A stretch of DNA of 64,000 nt from an uncultured Candidatus Binatia bacterium (GTDB taxonomy: Bacteria > Desulfobacterota > Binatia > Bin18): NCBI GenBank assembly GCA_965242795.1, contig OZ251505.1:1150173-1214172 (forward strand), written 5' to 3'. Each line of letters begins with the position of its first letter. Within the stretch, counting starts at the first letter, position 1. This document shows positions 17,326 through 27,966 of the stretch, piece by piece. The position numbers and the translations under genes are program-made. A model generated the notes under the pieces. It worked only from the letters and a program-made list of their open reading frames with translations. It had not been told where the DNA came from and searched no databases.

Positions 17326-20039
17326 GTCGCGTCCTCCGCGTTGCTTAAGCGGGCGGACAATACGTCGGCCACCCGGTCCGGGTCGGCCACTTTCGCGCCC
17401 GCCAAGTCCGTGACGTAGAACACGTCCAGGACCTGGTCGACGTTGGTCGTGATCTTCGCCAAGTGGATCACTAGCCCGAGTTGGAACAGCGTGTAGGTGA
17501 CGTCGAACAGCAGGCCGCCGCGGTCCAGGGCGCTCACGTCGACCAGGGTGTAGTGCGCCGACGTGGCGTTATCCAACGTGACCTCGGTTCGCAGGCGGGC
17601 AGGGGTGCGCTTGCGGTACGGCGGCCGCCGCACGCCCTGCAACAGGTCGTCCACGGTCCGCTCGCCGGATAGGACGGAGTCCAGGCGCTGGTAGAAACGC
17701 GCCCACGTGTCGGGCGACAGGGTGGCGTCCTGGCGGTCGAAGTGCGACAGGCGGAAGACGTCCAGCGCGATGCCGGTGCGGCTGGTGGCGATGTGCGCGC
17801 GCGAGACGTTCAGCCGGCCGGTCGCGAACACGCCGGCCAGCATGGAGAACAGCCCGGGCCGGTCGCGCGTGACCAGGGTCAACTCGCTGTACTCCTGTTC
17901 GGGCACGTGGGTCAGGTCGGCGCGGTACGTCTCGCCCGCGGCGTCGGCCAACGCCCGTTCGTAGCCGGCCATGAGACGGAAATGCCCGGGCGCCGCGTCC
18001 TCGGGCGTGGTCAGAAAGTAGCGGTCCGGCATGTCGTGCAGGAACCGGGTGACGTCCGCCTCGGACGCCGCGGGGGCCAGCGCGACGCGGATCCGGTCTT
18101 TGCGGCGGCGCAGCCGCGTGGCCTGCTCCTCCTCTTCCGCCGCGCCGCGCTCGAAGCGTTCCAGCGTGTAGAGATACAGTTCGCCCAGCAACCCGGCCTT
18201 CCAACTGTTCCAGACCTTCGGGCCGACGGCCTTCATGTCCCCGAAAGTCAGCAGGTACAGGCGTTTCAGGCAGTCGGGATTCTCCACGACGCGGGCGAAA
18301 TCCGCGATCTGGGCGGCGTCCGACAGGTCGCGGCGCTGGGCGATGTACGACATCAGCAGGTGGTGTTCGACGAGGAGTCGCCACTCGTGGGCGTCGTCCG
18401 GCGGGAGTCGCCAGCGCCGCGCCGCGGCGTCCACCAGTTCGGCGCTGCGTGCGGAGTGCTCGACCCCGTACCCCTTGCCCACGTCGTGGTAGAGCAGGGC
18501 CAGGAACAGCAGGTCGACGCGGTCGATCTCGCGCATGACCTGGGTCAGCAGCGGCAGCGATTCCTTGTAGGCGCCGTCGCGCAGGCGTTCGAGTTCGGCC
18601 ACGCCGTGCAGCGTGTGCTCGTCGATGGCATAGACGTGGTACAGGTCGCGCTGCGTGCGCCAGCGCAGATGCCCGAACTCGGGCAACAGCCATTCCAGCA
18701 GGCCGGCTTCGTGCATGGCGCGCAGCGTGGGCGCGACGCGCTGCTTCCACGACAGAACCGCCAGCAACGCGTCGCGCAGCTCCGCTCCCGCGGCCGTGTC
18801 CGCGGGCAGGCGGGCCACGGCGCCGCGGACGGCCTGCTTGGTTTCCCTGGACACCGCGACGGCGTGCCGCTGGGCGTCGTGGAACACGGTCACGAGGGTG
18901 CGCGGGTCGCGGACGAGGATGCCGGGGTCGGTCACGTGCAGCGTCCGATCGACGATGCGGACGCCCGCGCGGATGTTGCGGCCACGCGGGCGCTGCCAGA
19001 AATTGACGAGCCGCGACGGCGTGACGCAGCGCTCGAACATCCACGTCGTGAACTCGTGGACCGCGGTGACGTGCCGGTAGTAGGTGCGCATGAGGTCGGT
19101 CGCGTCCGCGAACCCCAGCGCGGGGGCGAGCCGGTCCTGGTGCTCGAAGCTCAGCAGGTCGTGTTCCGTGCCTTCCATCAGGTGGAGCCCGTTGCGGACC
19201 CGCCACAGGAAGTCGCGCGCCGCGTCCACGTCGGCCAAGCCGGTCTCCGGCACGATGCCTTTGACGATGAGGTCGCGCAGGTCGGTGAGCTTGAACTTGA
19301 CCTTGGCCAGCCACCAGGCCGTATGCAGGTCGCGCAGCCCGCCGCAGCCGTCCTTGACGTCGGGCTCCAGCAGATACAGCGAGTCGCCGTGCTGCCCGTG
19401 GCGGGCGCGGCTCTCCCGGGCCTTGGCCTCGAAGAACGCGGCGCTGCGTTTGCCGACCACGTCACGCGCGACCGCGGCGCGAAACTCCTCGGCCAGGGAC
19501 GCATCCCCGCAGACGAACCGGCTGTCGAGCAGCGAGGTGCGGATTTCGAAGTCGCGGTTGGCGTGCCGCAGACACTCGCGGACGTTCCGCACCGCGTGGC
19601 CGACCTTCCAGCCCGCGTCCATCAGGCCGTAGTACAGGCGCTCCCAGATCGTCTCCGCGTACGGCGTGATCTTCCAGTCGTACAGGAACAACAGGTCGAT
19701 GTCCGAGTGCGGACTCAGTTCCCGGCGCCCGTAGCCGCCCAGTGCGAAGACGCTGCAGCGCTGGTGCAGACTCATGTGGCGGCGCGTGTACAGGCGGGTC
19801 GCCGCAGTGAAGACGTATTCCACGAAACGGTCCATGAGCGTCGTATGCAGATGCACGACGTCCCGTCCGCTGTCGCCGCCGGCGTGCCGCTCGGCCAGCG
19901 CCCGCCCGACTTCTTCCCGGTAACGTTTGGCGATCCGGCCCAGGTCCCAGTCGGGGTCGATGGCCGACTCGGGATCCGCGGAGGGGAGCGGCGGCAGCTC
20001 CGGCAGCGGCGGGTCGGACGGCGCGGCAGCGGGAGGCAT
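17322..20039 (-). CDS. glnD: [Protein-PII] uridylyltransferase
   Basis: 905 aa; ALGGYGRRELSPHSDIDLL, GGLRD, HD domain (YHDVGKG), two ACT domains. Confidence 0.95.
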   Translation of the reverse strand: MPPAAAPSDPPLPELPPLPSADPESAIDPDWDLGRIAKRYREEVGRALAERHAGGDSGRDVVHLHTTLMDRFVEYVFTAATRLYTRRHMSLHQRCSVFALGGYGRRELSPHSDIDLLFLYDWKITPYAETIWERLYYGLMDAGWKVGHAVRNVRECLRHANRDFEIRTSLLDSRFVCGDASLAEEFRAAVARDVVGKRSAAFFEAKARESRARHGQHGDSLYLLEPDVKDGCGGLRDLHTAWWLAKVKFKLTDLRDLIVKGIVPETGLADVDAARDFLWRVRNGLHLMEGTEHDLLSFEHQDRLAPALGFADATDLMRTYYRHVTAVHEFTTWMFERCVTPSRLVNFWQRPRGRNIRAGVRIVDRTLHVTDPGILVRDPRTLVTVFHDAQRHAVAVSRETKQAVRGAVARLPADTAAGAELRDALLAVLSWKQRVAPTLRAMHEAGLLEWLLPEFGHLRWRTQRDLYHVYAIDEHTLHGVAELERLRDGAYKESLPLLTQVMREIDRVDLLFLALLYHDVGKGYGVEHSARSAELVDAAARRWRLPPDDAHEWRLLVEHHLLMSYIAQRRDLSDAAQIADFARVVENPDCLKRLYLLTFGDMKAVGPKVWNSWKAGLLGELYLYTLERFERGAAEEEEQATRLRRRKDRIRVALAPAASEADVTRFLHDMPDRYFLTTPEDAAPGHFRLMAGYERALADAAGETYRADLTHVPEQEYSELTLVTRDRPGLFSMLAGVFATGRLNVSRAHIATSRTGIALDVFRLSHFDRQDATLSPDTWARFYQRLDSVLSGERTVDDLLQGVRRPPYRKRTPARLRTEVTLDNATSAHYTLVDVSALDRGGLLFDVTYTLFQLGLVIHLAKITTNVDQVLDVFYVTDLAGAKVADPDRVADVLSARLSNAEDAT

Positions 20040-20066
20040 GGCGGTCTCGGTCGGGTCCGGGCGGGC

Positions 20067-21287
20067 CTACAAGGTGCCCAGCCCCTGCCGGTCCTGGCGG
20101 ATGAATTGCGCCACGCCCTGGAAGATGCCCTCGGCAATCGCCTCGCGGTAGTCCGCGGAGCGCAGCAGCTTGCCCTGGACGCGGTGGGTCAGGAACGACA
20201 CCTCGACCAGCACGCACGGCATATGGGCGCCGACCAGCACGTAGAACGGCCCCTTCTTGACGCCCAGGTTGCGGACTTGGCGGTGGCGGCGGGAGACCTG
20301 CGGGACGAGGGACGTCTGGATGGCGTTGGCCAGCGCGATCGAGCCGTCCACCTTCTGGTTCTGGACCATGTCGCTGAGCAGCAGGGACAACGTCGGGTCC
20401 TCGTGCATCACGGCCTGCATCGGCCCCAAGCCGTTCTCCATGCGGGCCAGCCGGATGGTGGCGCGGTCGTTGGTGTTGTTCAGATAGTACGTCTCCACGC
20501 CCTGGGCGTGCGCGTTCTCGCTGGCGTTGGCGTGGATGGACAGGAACAGGTTGACGTTCGCGGCGTTGGCGCGCGCGGTGCGTTCGGGCAGAGGGACGAA
20601 GACGTCGGATGTGCGCGTGAACAGCACGTCGACGGGCAGGCGCGCTTCCAGCTTGCGGCCCAGCTTGCGGCTGACGTCCAGCACGACGGTCTTCTCCTTG
20701 AGCCCGCCTACGCCGACCGCGCCCGGGTCGCGTCCGCCGTGTCCCGGGTCGATCATGACGCGGTATTTCGGCTCCGCGGCGACCGCGCGGGCCGGCTGCA
20801 CTGCGGGTTCGGGCCGCGGTTCCGGTGTGCGTTCCGTTTCACGAACTTGGCCGGCCTTCGCTTGCACGTCGACGATCAGCCGGTAGGGCGAGTAGAGCGG
20901 GAACGCCGTATAGCTGCCGGCCCGCTCCAGGTCGAGCACGACGCGCGCCGTGTCCGCGGCGAACTGGCCGGTCCGAATGTCCTTCAGCAGACCGTCACCG
21001 ACCGGCGTGGGCGCTCGCGCAGCCGCCCCGATCCGCGCCGGCGAGAAATCGACGACGATGCGGGACGGTCGAGTGCGGTCGGCCGCAAGCTGAAAGTGCT
21101 TGTAGTCGGCCTTGGCCGACAGGGTGACGATGACGCGGGTGTAACCCGGCACCGAGACGTGCCGGATGTCCTCGATCGCAGGATCGGAAGATTCGTCAGC
21201 CGCCGCGGGGGCGACCGTACCGACGCCCGCGGCCCAGAACAGGGCGAGAAAGACCCTCAGCCTCCACCGCAACACCCCACCACACAT
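20067..21287 (-). CDS. N-acetylmuramoyl-L-alanine amidase with AMIN domain
   Basis: Signal peptide, AMIN-like region, IDPGHGGRDPGA, SIHANA, LVEVSF. Confidence 0.92.
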   Translation of the reverse strand: MCGGVLRWRLRVFLALFWAAGVGTVAPAAADESSDPAIEDIRHVSVPGYTRVIVTLSAKADYKHFQLAADRTRPSRIVVDFSPARIGAAARAPTPVGDGLLKDIRTGQFAADTARVVLDLERAGSYTAFPLYSPYRLIVDVQAKAGQVRETERTPEPRPEPAVQPARAVAAEPKYRVMIDPGHGGRDPGAVGVGGLKEKTVVLDVSRKLGRKLEARLPVDVLFTRTSDVFVPLPERTARANAANVNLFLSIHANASENAHAQGVETYYLNNTNDRATIRLARMENGLGPMQAVMHEDPTLSLLLSDMVQNQKVDGSIALANAIQTSLVPQVSRRHRQVRNLGVKKGPFYVLVGAHMPCVLVEVSFLTHRVQGKLLRSADYREAIAEGIFQGVAQFIRQDRQGLGTL

Positions 21288-21296
21288 GCCTCAAGA

Positions 21297-22571
21297 CTAC
21301 GTTCCGAACTCCCAGGATGCAAGATAGCGTTTCTGTTCCGGGGTCAGCCGGTCGAGTTGAATGTCCATGCTGGCCAGCTTCAGCCCGGCGACCTGGTCTT
21401 CGATCTCCTTGGGGACGTCGTGCACCTGGGGCGTCAGCCGCTTCTGATGTTCGACCGCCCAGCGCACCGTGAGCGCCTGGGTGGCGAAGCTCATGTCCAT
21501 GACGGCCGGCGGATGCCCCTCGGCCGCGGCCAGATTCACCAGCCGGCCCTCGCCGATCACGTAGAGGCAGCGTCCGTTGGGCAGGTGGTAACTGTCCACG
21601 TTGGTGCGGACCTGACGCTGCACGCTCTCGGCGATCTTGCCCAGCGTCTTCAGGTCGATCTCCACGTCGAAGTGGCCGGAATTGGCCAGGATGGCGCCGT
21701 CCTTCATGCGCAGGAAGTGTTCCTTGCGCAGCACGCTGGTATCGCCGGTGACCGACACGAACAGGTCGCCCTCGCGCGCCGCGTTGCGCATCGGCATGAC
21801 CCGGAACCCGTCCATGGCCGCTTCGAGCCCGCGGATGGGATCGATCTCGGTCACGATGACCTGCGCGCCCAACCCCCGCGCGCGCATGGCGACGCCCTTG
21901 CCGCACCAGCCGTACCCGGCGACCACCACGGTCTTCCCGGCCAGCAGGATGTTGGTGGCGCGCAGCACGCCGTCCAGCGTGGACTGACCGGTGCCGTAGC
22001 GGTTGTCGAACAGGTGCTTGGTGGTGGCGTCGTTCACCGCGATGACCGGCAGTTTGAGCACGCCGCGCTGCTGCATGGCCCGCAAACGGATGACGCCGGT
22101 CGTGGTCTCCTCCATGCTGGCGCACATCTGCCCGACGCGGTCGGCATAGCGCTGGTCGGTATGCAGCAGCGAGACGAGGTCCGCGCCGTCGTCCAGCGTG
22201 ACCGTCGGGTCGTGTGCCAATGCTTGGTGCAGGTGCTGATAATAGACCTTGTTGTTCTCCCCGCGCACCGCGAACGTCGGAATGTTCTCGTATCGGACCA
22301 GTCCCGCGGCGACGTCGTCCTGGGTGGACAGCGGGTTGGAGGCGCACAGGGTCACGTCCGCGCCGCCGGCCTTGAGCGTGCGCATCAGGTTGGCGGTCTC
22401 GGCCGTCACGTGCAGGCAGGCGGCGAGGCGCGTGCCCTTGAGCGGTTTGGTGCGCGCGAAGATTTCCGCGACGCGGCGCAGGGCCGGCATGTGCTGGTCG
22501 GCCCACTCGTAGCGTTTGCGCCCGTCCTTGGCGAGGCCGGGGTCTTTTACGTCACCTTGGCGTTTGGGCAT
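21297..22571 (-). CDS. ahcY: Adenosylhomocysteinase
   Basis: [47 protein letters not shown]. Confidence 0.97.
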   Translation of the reverse strand: MPKRQGDVKDPGLAKDGRKRYEWADQHMPALRRVAEIFARTKPLKGTRLAACLHVTAETANLMRTLKAGGADVTLCASNPLSTQDDVAAGLVRYENIPTFAVRGENNKVYYQHLHQALAHDPTVTLDDGADLVSLLHTDQRYADRVGQMCASMEETTTGVIRLRAMQQRGVLKLPVIAVNDATTKHLFDNRYGTGQSTLDGVLRATNILLAGKTVVVAGYGWCGKGVAMRARGLGAQVIVTEIDPIRGLEAAMDGFRVMPMRNAAREGDLFVSVTGDTSVLRKEHFLRMKDGAILANSGHFDVEIDLKTLGKIAESVQRQVRTNVDSYHLPNGRCLYVIGEGRLVNLAAAEGHPPAVMDMSFATQALTVRWAVEHQKRLTPQVHDVPKEIEDQVAGLKLASMDIQLDRLTPEQKRYLASWEFGT

Positions 22572-22625
22572 ACGTCCTCTTCGTCGTGCGGGTGTCGGGG
22601 CCGCCGGGATGGAGAGAAGAAACGG

Positions 22626-23795
22626 CTAGGCGGCGCGCTTGAGCGCGTCCACGCGGTCGGTCCGCTCCCACGGAAAATAGCCGTCCTGCGCCGGCCGGCC
22701 GAAGTGGCCGTAGGCCGCGGTGCGCAGATAGATGGGGCGTTTCAGGTCGAAGGTGTCGATGATGGCCGCCGGCCGCAGGTCGAAGTGGCCGGCGACGATT
22801 TCCCCGAGGCGCACGTCGGGCAGGGCGCCGGTGCCGAAGGTATCGACGTACACGCCGACCGGCTCGGCCACGCCGATCGCGTACGCGAGCTGCACCTCGC
22901 AGCGTTCGGCCAGATCCGCGGCGACCAGATTCTTGGCGATGTAGCGGGCCATGTACGCCGCGGAACGGTCCACCTTGCTGGGATCCTTGCCCGAGAAGGC
23001 GCCGCCGCCGTGGCGACCGTAGCCGCCGTACGTATCGACGATGATCTTGCGCCCGGTCAGCCCACAGTCCGCGTACGGCCCGCCGTTCACGAACCGTCCG
23101 GTCGGATTCACCAGGAATTTGGTCTCGCCGTCCAGGAATTCGGGCGGAATCACGCGCTTGACGACGTCCTCGACGACGGCCTCCTTGATGGTGTCGTACG
23201 CGGCGTCCGGGTCGTGCTGGGTGGAGATGAGCACGGTATCGGCGCGGACCGGCTTGGCATCGCGGTATTCGACCGTGACCTGCGACTTGCTGTCCGGCCG
23301 CAGGAACGGCAACTGCCCCTGTTTGCGGATCGTGGCCATTTCCTGCATGAGGCGGTGGGCGGTGTAGATCGGAAACGGCATGTACGCCTTGGTCTCGTTG
23401 CAGGCGAAGCCGAACATCATGCCCTGGTCGCCGGCGCCCTGCTCCTTGAACAATCCCTGCCCCTCGCTGACGCCCTGGTCGATGTCGGGCGACTGGGCGC
23501 TGAGCGCGGTCAGCACCGCGCACGTATCCGCGTCGAAGCCGAGCGACGAGTCGGTGAAGCCGATGTCGCGCACGACGCGGCGCGCGACGTCCATGTAGCT
23601 GATCTGCGCGGATGTGGTGATCTCGCCCGCGACCACGACCATGCCGGTCTTGACCAGGGTTTCGCAGGCGACCCGGCTATTGGGGTCTTGTTCGAGCAGC
23701 GCGTCCAGGATGCCGTCCGAGATCTGGTCGCACATCTTGTCGGGGTGTCCCTCGGACACGGATTCGGACGTGAACAGATATTCTTTCGCAGTCAT
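22626..23795 (-). CDS. metK: S-adenosylmethionine synthetase
   Basis: [35 protein letters not shown]; start placed at the ATG after the GGAG RBS. Confidence 0.97.
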   Translation of the reverse strand: MTAKEYLFTSESVSEGHPDKMCDQISDGILDALLEQDPNSRVACETLVKTGMVVVAGEITTSAQISYMDVARRVVRDIGFTDSSLGFDADTCAVLTALSAQSPDIDQGVSEGQGLFKEQGAGDQGMMFGFACNETKAYMPFPIYTAHRLMQEMATIRKQGQLPFLRPDSKSQVTVEYRDAKPVRADTVLISTQHDPDAAYDTIKEAVVEDVVKRVIPPEFLDGETKFLVNPTGRFVNGGPYADCGLTGRKIIVDTYGGYGRHGGGAFSGKDPSKVDRSAAYMARYIAKNLVAADLAERCEVQLAYAIGVAEPVGVYVDTFGTGALPDVRLGEIVAGHFDLRPAAIIDTFDLKRPIYLRTAAYGHFGRPAQDGYFPWERTDRVDALKRAA

Positions 23796-23846
23796 GTCGG
23801 TGTTCTCCCCGGCTGGACGCCGCACGCGCCCCGAAAAGATCGGCGC

Positions 23847-23875
23847 ATATAATAGAATCCATTTTTGAGCGTCAA
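23847..23875 (-). promoter_or_regulatory. Possible sigma70 promoter for metK
   Basis: TTGACG followed by an AT-rich TATTATAT about 15-17 nt later, in otherwise GC-rich DNA. Confidence 0.45.
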
Positions 23876-23980
23876 GGGGAGCCCGTAGGCAGGGGCAGTT
23901 CGAAATTCGCGTGCCGTCCGTGGCCTGCGTCGGCCCCTCTCCCAGAGGGAGAGGGGATAAAAAGTAGGTTCAACGTAGCG

Positions 23981-24015
23981 CAATCAAAAATCCGCAATCC
24001 AAAATCCACAATTCC
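23981..24015. repeat. Short heptamer tandem repeat
   Basis: AATCAAA AATCCGC AATCCAA AATCCAC AATTCC. Confidence 0.6.
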
Positions 24016-24019
24016 TTCC

Positions 24020-24301
24020 CTACTCCTCCCCGAACCGGTCGGCCACCAGCCGGCGCAGCGCCTCCAACGCCCGCTCCGCGTCCGCGCCGTCGAGCCGCAC
24101 TTCCAGGACGCTGCCCTGCGGGGCGCCCAGCGTCAGCAGATCCAGCACGCTGCGCCCGTTCGCGGTCCGGCCCCGCCAGCCCACGGCGACCGAGACGTCC
24201 ATCCCCTGAATGGCCTGCACGAAGGCCGCCGCGGCGCGGGCGTGCAGGCCCAGCGTGTTGACGAGGGTGAGCCGGGCCTCGGCGTGCGGCGTGTGCGTCA
24301 T
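24020..24301 (-). CDS. ptsH: Phosphocarrier protein HPr/NPr
   Basis: GLHARAA (His15) and NGRSVLDLLTLG (Ser46). Confidence 0.92.
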   Translation of the reverse strand: MTHTPHAEARLTLVNTLGLHARAAAAFVQAIQGMDVSVAVGWRGRTANGRSVLDLLTLGAPQGSVLEVRLDGADAERALEALRRLVADRFGEE

Positions 24302-25164
24302 GCCGGCGGGTCCGCGCGCTGCACGTCGCGGTGGTGGACGCGGACCGCATAATCCCAGGCGCGCAGCCGCCGGCCCACCTCTTCGGCGACCGCGACCGAA
24401 CGGTGCCGGCCGCCCGTGCAGCCGACGGCCAGCATCAGATAACTCTTGCCCTCGCGCACGTACAGCGGCATGAGCGTTTCCAGCAACGCCGACAGCCGGT
24501 CCAGAAACGGTGCGGCCTCGGGCTGGCCCAGCACGAACTCGACGACCTGCCGGTCGGTCCCGCGCTGGTCGCGCAGCGCATCGACGAAGAACGGGTTCGG
24601 CAGGAAGCGGACGTCCAGCATCAGGTCGGCGTCTATCGGCACGCCGTATTTGTAGCCGAACGACTGGACCGTGACCCGCAGCGTGCGCTGCACGTCGGCC
24701 TCGACCTGCCGGGCGAGCACGTCGCGCAGGGCGTGAACGGTATAAGAGGACGTGTCGATGACCAGGTCGGCCGACTCGCGCAGGCCGGCGAGTTGCCGCT
24801 CCTCGGTCCGAATGCCGTCCAATACGCCCTGCTCGCCGGCGGCGGGATGTGGCCGGCGCGTCTCGCTGAAGCGGCGCAACAGGACGTTTTCGGGCGCCTC
24901 GAAATACAGCACCTTGACGGCGTGGCCGCTTTTGCGCAGCCCCGCGAGCACGGCCGGATAGGCGTCCAGAAAGCCGCCCTCGCGCCCGTCGATGCCCAGC
25001 GCGACGCGGCCGATGGGCTCCTTGGCGTTGCCACTCAGCGTCAGAAAATGGGGGATGAGCGCGACCGGCAGGTTGTCGATGCAGTAGAAGCCCAGATCCT
25101 CCAGGGCGCGGATGGCGGTGCTTTTGCCCGAACCCGACAGTCCCGTGACGATGACGACGTGCAT
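24298..25164 (-). CDS. rapZ: RNase adapter RapZ
   Basis: GLSGSGKS, IDNLP, SFGYKYG, RFLPNP, GCTGGRHRSV. Confidence 0.95.
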   Translation of the reverse strand: MHVVIVTGLSGSGKSTAIRALEDLGFYCIDNLPVALIPHFLTLSGNAKEPIGRVALGIDGREGGFLDAYPAVLAGLRKSGHAVKVLYFEAPENVLLRRFSETRRPHPAAGEQGVLDGIRTEERQLAGLRESADLVIDTSSYTVHALRDVLARQVEADVQRTLRVTVQSFGYKYGVPIDADLMLDVRFLPNPFFVDALRDQRGTDRQVVEFVLGQPEAAPFLDRLSALLETLMPLYVREGKSYLMLAVGCTGGRHRSVAVAEEVGRRLRAWDYAVRVHHRDVQRADPPA

Positions 25165-25192
25165 GACGGCGGGCAGCGTCGGCCGGACGCGG

Positions 25193-25654
25193 CTACAGGG
25201 CGCTGTCTTCCTCGCAGATGAGGCGGTGGAGGTCCGCGGCGCTGCCGCCTTGCAGCAGGCGTTCGCGGAACGCCTTGTCCTTCAGCAGGCGCGACACGCG
25301 GGCCAGGGCTTTCAGGTGGACGCCGGCCGAGTCCTCCGGCGCCACCAGCAGAAAGAACAGCTTCGTCGGCCCGCCGTCCAGCGAGCCGCAGTCCACCCCG
25401 TGCGGACTCAGGCCGAACACGGCCGTCACCCGGGTGAGGCCGGGCAGCTTGCCGTGCGGAATCGCGATGCCCTCGCCGATGGCGGTGGTGCCCAGCCGCT
25501 CGCGGTCGAGGAGGACGCCGACAAGGTGCTCGGCGTCCACGCCGGGGGTGTGGCGGGCGAGGTGGTGGGCCAGTTCGCGCAGCACGTCGGTCTTGGTGCT
25601 GCCGGCCAGTTCCGGGACGACGAGTTCGCTGCTGAGAATGTCGGCGACGCGCAT
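25193..25654 (-). CDS. ptsN: PTS IIA (nitrogen regulatory) protein
   Basis: RERLGTTAIGEGIAIPHGK, HLKALARVSRLL; start at MRVADIL. Confidence 0.9.
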   Translation of the reverse strand: MRVADILSSELVVPELAGSTKTDVLRELAHHLARHTPGVDAEHLVGVLLDRERLGTTAIGEGIAIPHGKLPGLTRVTAVFGLSPHGVDCGSLDGGPTKLFFLLVAPEDSAGVHLKALARVSRLLKDKAFRERLLQGGSAADLHRLICEEDSAL

Positions 25655-25665
25655 GGCGGGATTCC

Positions 25666-27150
25666 TCATTCCGCAAGGGCGGTGACCCGTTTGCGTTTGG
25701 CGGACGGGAGGATGCGGAGGCTCTCCCGGTATTTGGCGACCGTGCGGCGGGCGATGGGGACGTCGCTGCGCGCCAGCCGTTTGGCGATGGCGTCGTCGCT
25801 GAGCGGACGGCGCGGGTCTTCCGCGGCGATCATCTCGCGGATGCGGACCTTGACGCTCTCCGCGGAGACGTCGTCCCCGAAGCGGCGCTTGAGGCCGGTG
25901 GCGAAGAATTTCTTGAGCGGGTACAGCCCGCGCGGCGTGGCGATGTATTTGTCGGCGATGGCGCGGCTGACGGTCGATTCGTGGGCGCCGACGTCGTCGG
26001 CCACGTCGCGCAGCACCAGCGGCCGCAGGTGCGCAACCCCGCGGTCCAGAAAGTCCCGTTGGAATCTGACCAGGCTCTGCGCCACGCCGAGCAGCGTGCG
26101 CTGGCGCTGGTGGATGCTGCGGATCAGCCATGCCGCGGCGCGCAGCTTGTCCTGGACGTACGCCTTGGCCTCGCCGCCGTCGGCCAGCAGGTTCCGATAG
26201 GCCGCGTTGACCTTGAGGCGCGGCAACCCCTCTTCGTTCAACGTGACGAGGTATTCCTCGCCGACCCGGTGCACGGACACGTCGGGCGTCACGTAGCGGA
26301 CGTCGCCGGTTCCGTATTGCCGGCCGGGTTTGGGTTCCAGGCCGGCGATGAGCTTGCGCGCGCGCTGGACGGCCGCGGGTTCCACCCCGAGCCGCTCGGC
26401 GAGTCGGGCGTAGCGACGCGCCTCCAGGTCGGGCAGGTGATCGCGCACGACCGCGGCCGCCAACGTGCGCAGCATCTCGTCCCGGCCGGCCTCATCCGGC
26501 TCGTGCGCCGCGTCGAGTTGGAGCAGCAGGCATTCCTTCAGGTCGCGTGCGCCGACGCCCCGCGGGTCGCAGGACTGGACGACGCGCAACACGGCTTCCA
26601 CCTCGGCCGGGCCGACGCCGGCCGCCGCGGCGAGTTCTTCGACTCCGGTCTCCAGGTAGCCGTCCACGTCCAGGTTGCCGATGACGAGCGAGGCGAGCCG
26701 CTCGTCTTCCGCACTCAGGGCGCGGAAGCGGAGTTGCCAAGCCAGGTGCTCGGCCAGCGATTCGGTTCGGGGGAACCGGTCTTCGGGCGCGGTCGCGCGG
26801 TCGTCGTCATCCGCGTCGTAGCGCGTGCGCGGCAGCAGCGGCAGGTCGGCGTTGTCGTTGTACGTGCGAAGATAGGTCTGCCAGTCGATCTCGTCGTGGC
26901 GTGGCGAGTCGTCCGCTCCGCTGTCGAGCCGGTTCGCGGAGTCCGGCGCTTCGCCGTTCGCGCGCCCGTCGTCGAAGATCGGCTCGTCGTCGGTCACCCG
27001 TTCGAGGACCGGGTTTTCCGCTAACTCCTGGTCGATCAGGGTATCCAACTCCCCGCGCGGCAGTTGCAGGATCTTGACGGCCTGCTGCAACTGCGGGGTC
27101 ATGACCGGCCGCTGGCCGAGCCTGGTCGTCAGTCGCAGGTCGAGTCCCAT
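25666..27150 (-). CDS. rpoN: RNA polymerase sigma-54 factor
   Basis: TPQLQQAVKILQL, HESTVSRA and RpoN box ARRTVAKYRE. Confidence 0.96.
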   Translation of the reverse strand: MGLDLRLTTRLGQRPVMTPQLQQAVKILQLPRGELDTLIDQELAENPVLERVTDDEPIFDDGRANGEAPDSANRLDSGADDSPRHDEIDWQTYLRTYNDNADLPLLPRTRYDADDDDRATAPEDRFPRTESLAEHLAWQLRFRALSAEDERLASLVIGNLDVDGYLETGVEELAAAAGVGPAEVEAVLRVVQSCDPRGVGARDLKECLLLQLDAAHEPDEAGRDEMLRTLAAAVVRDHLPDLEARRYARLAERLGVEPAAVQRARKLIAGLEPKPGRQYGTGDVRYVTPDVSVHRVGEEYLVTLNEEGLPRLKVNAAYRNLLADGGEAKAYVQDKLRAAAWLIRSIHQRQRTLLGVAQSLVRFQRDFLDRGVAHLRPLVLRDVADDVGAHESTVSRAIADKYIATPRGLYPLKKFFATGLKRRFGDDVSAESVKVRIREMIAAEDPRRPLSDDAIAKRLARSDVPIARRTVAKYRESLRILPSAKRKRVTALAE

Positions 27151-27192
27151 GCCCGTGTCACCCGTTCGCGCCGCACGTCGCAAAGCAGCCGG

Positions 27193-27966
27193 CTAGAGGC
27201 GGAAGCGCTCGCCGAGATACAGTTCCCGGGCGCGCCGGCTGGACGTGATCTCCTCGGGCGTGCCTTCCTCGAACACGCTGCCGTCGCTGATGATGTACGC
27301 CCGGTCGCAGATGCTGAGCGTTTCGCGCACGTTGTGGTCGGTCACCAGCACGCCGATGCCGCGCTCGCGCAACTGCCGGATGATGTCCTGAATGTCCCCC
27401 ACCGACAGCGGGTCGATGCCCGCGAACGGCTCGTCCAGCAGCATGAAGGACGGCGCCATGACGAGCGCCCGGGTGATTTCCACGCGCCGCCGCTCGCCCC
27501 CGGACAGCGAGTCGGCCCGGTTGCCGGCTAGGTGGCCGATGCTCAACTCGTCGAGCAACTCGGCCAGCCGGGCTTCGCGGCGGCGCTTCGGCAGCCCGGT
27601 CGTCTCCAGAATGGCCATCACGTTTTCGGCCACGGTCAGCTTACGGAAGACCGACGGCTCCTGCGGCAGATAGGTCACGCCCTTGCGCGCCCGCTTGTGC
27701 ATCGGCAGGCCGCTGATGTCTTCGTCATTGTAGCGCACCTCGCCCTTGTCCGGCCGGAGCAGGCCGACGATGATGGAGAAGGTCGTGGTCTTGCCGGCGC
27801 CGTTCGGTCCCAGCAGCCCGACCACCTCGCCGCCCCGCACGTGCACGCTGACGTCGCGCACGACCGGACGTCTCCTGTACGTCTTCCACAAGCCTCGCGC
27901 TTGCAGCAGCGGCGTCTCATTCACGGCGGCGCACCTTGCGGGGACCGAGGAACGCGGGCGCGTCAC
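27193..27966 (-). CDS. lptB: LPS export ABC ATPase
   Basis: GPNGAGKTT, LSGGERRRVEI, LLDEPFAGIDP, YLGE.F; the start may instead be GTG at 27924. Confidence 0.95.
   Translation of the reverse strand: MTRPRSSVPARCAAVNETPLLQARGLWKTYRRRPVVRDVSVHVRGGEVVGLLGPNGAGKTTTFSIIVGLLRPDKGEVRYNDEDISGLPMHKRARKGVTYLPQEPSVFRKLTVAENVMAILETTGLPKRRREARLAELLDELSIGHLAGNRADSLSGGERRRVEITRALVMAPSFMLLDEPFAGIDPLSVGDIQDIIRQLRERGIGVLVTDHNVRETLSICDRAYIISDGSVFEEGTPEEITSSRRARELYLGERFRL

Noticed and set aside
17742-23852. 2036-aa plus-strand ORF
   Set aside because: Antisense shadow of glnD-amidase-ahcY-metK; no recognisable domains.
23796-24019. SAM riboswitch upstream of metK
   Set aside because: No SAM-I/II consensus recognised; the leader is short and the rest is repeat sequence.
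25193-26131. 312-aa extended PtsN
   Set aside because: The extension overlaps rpoN in another frame; the real start is 25654.
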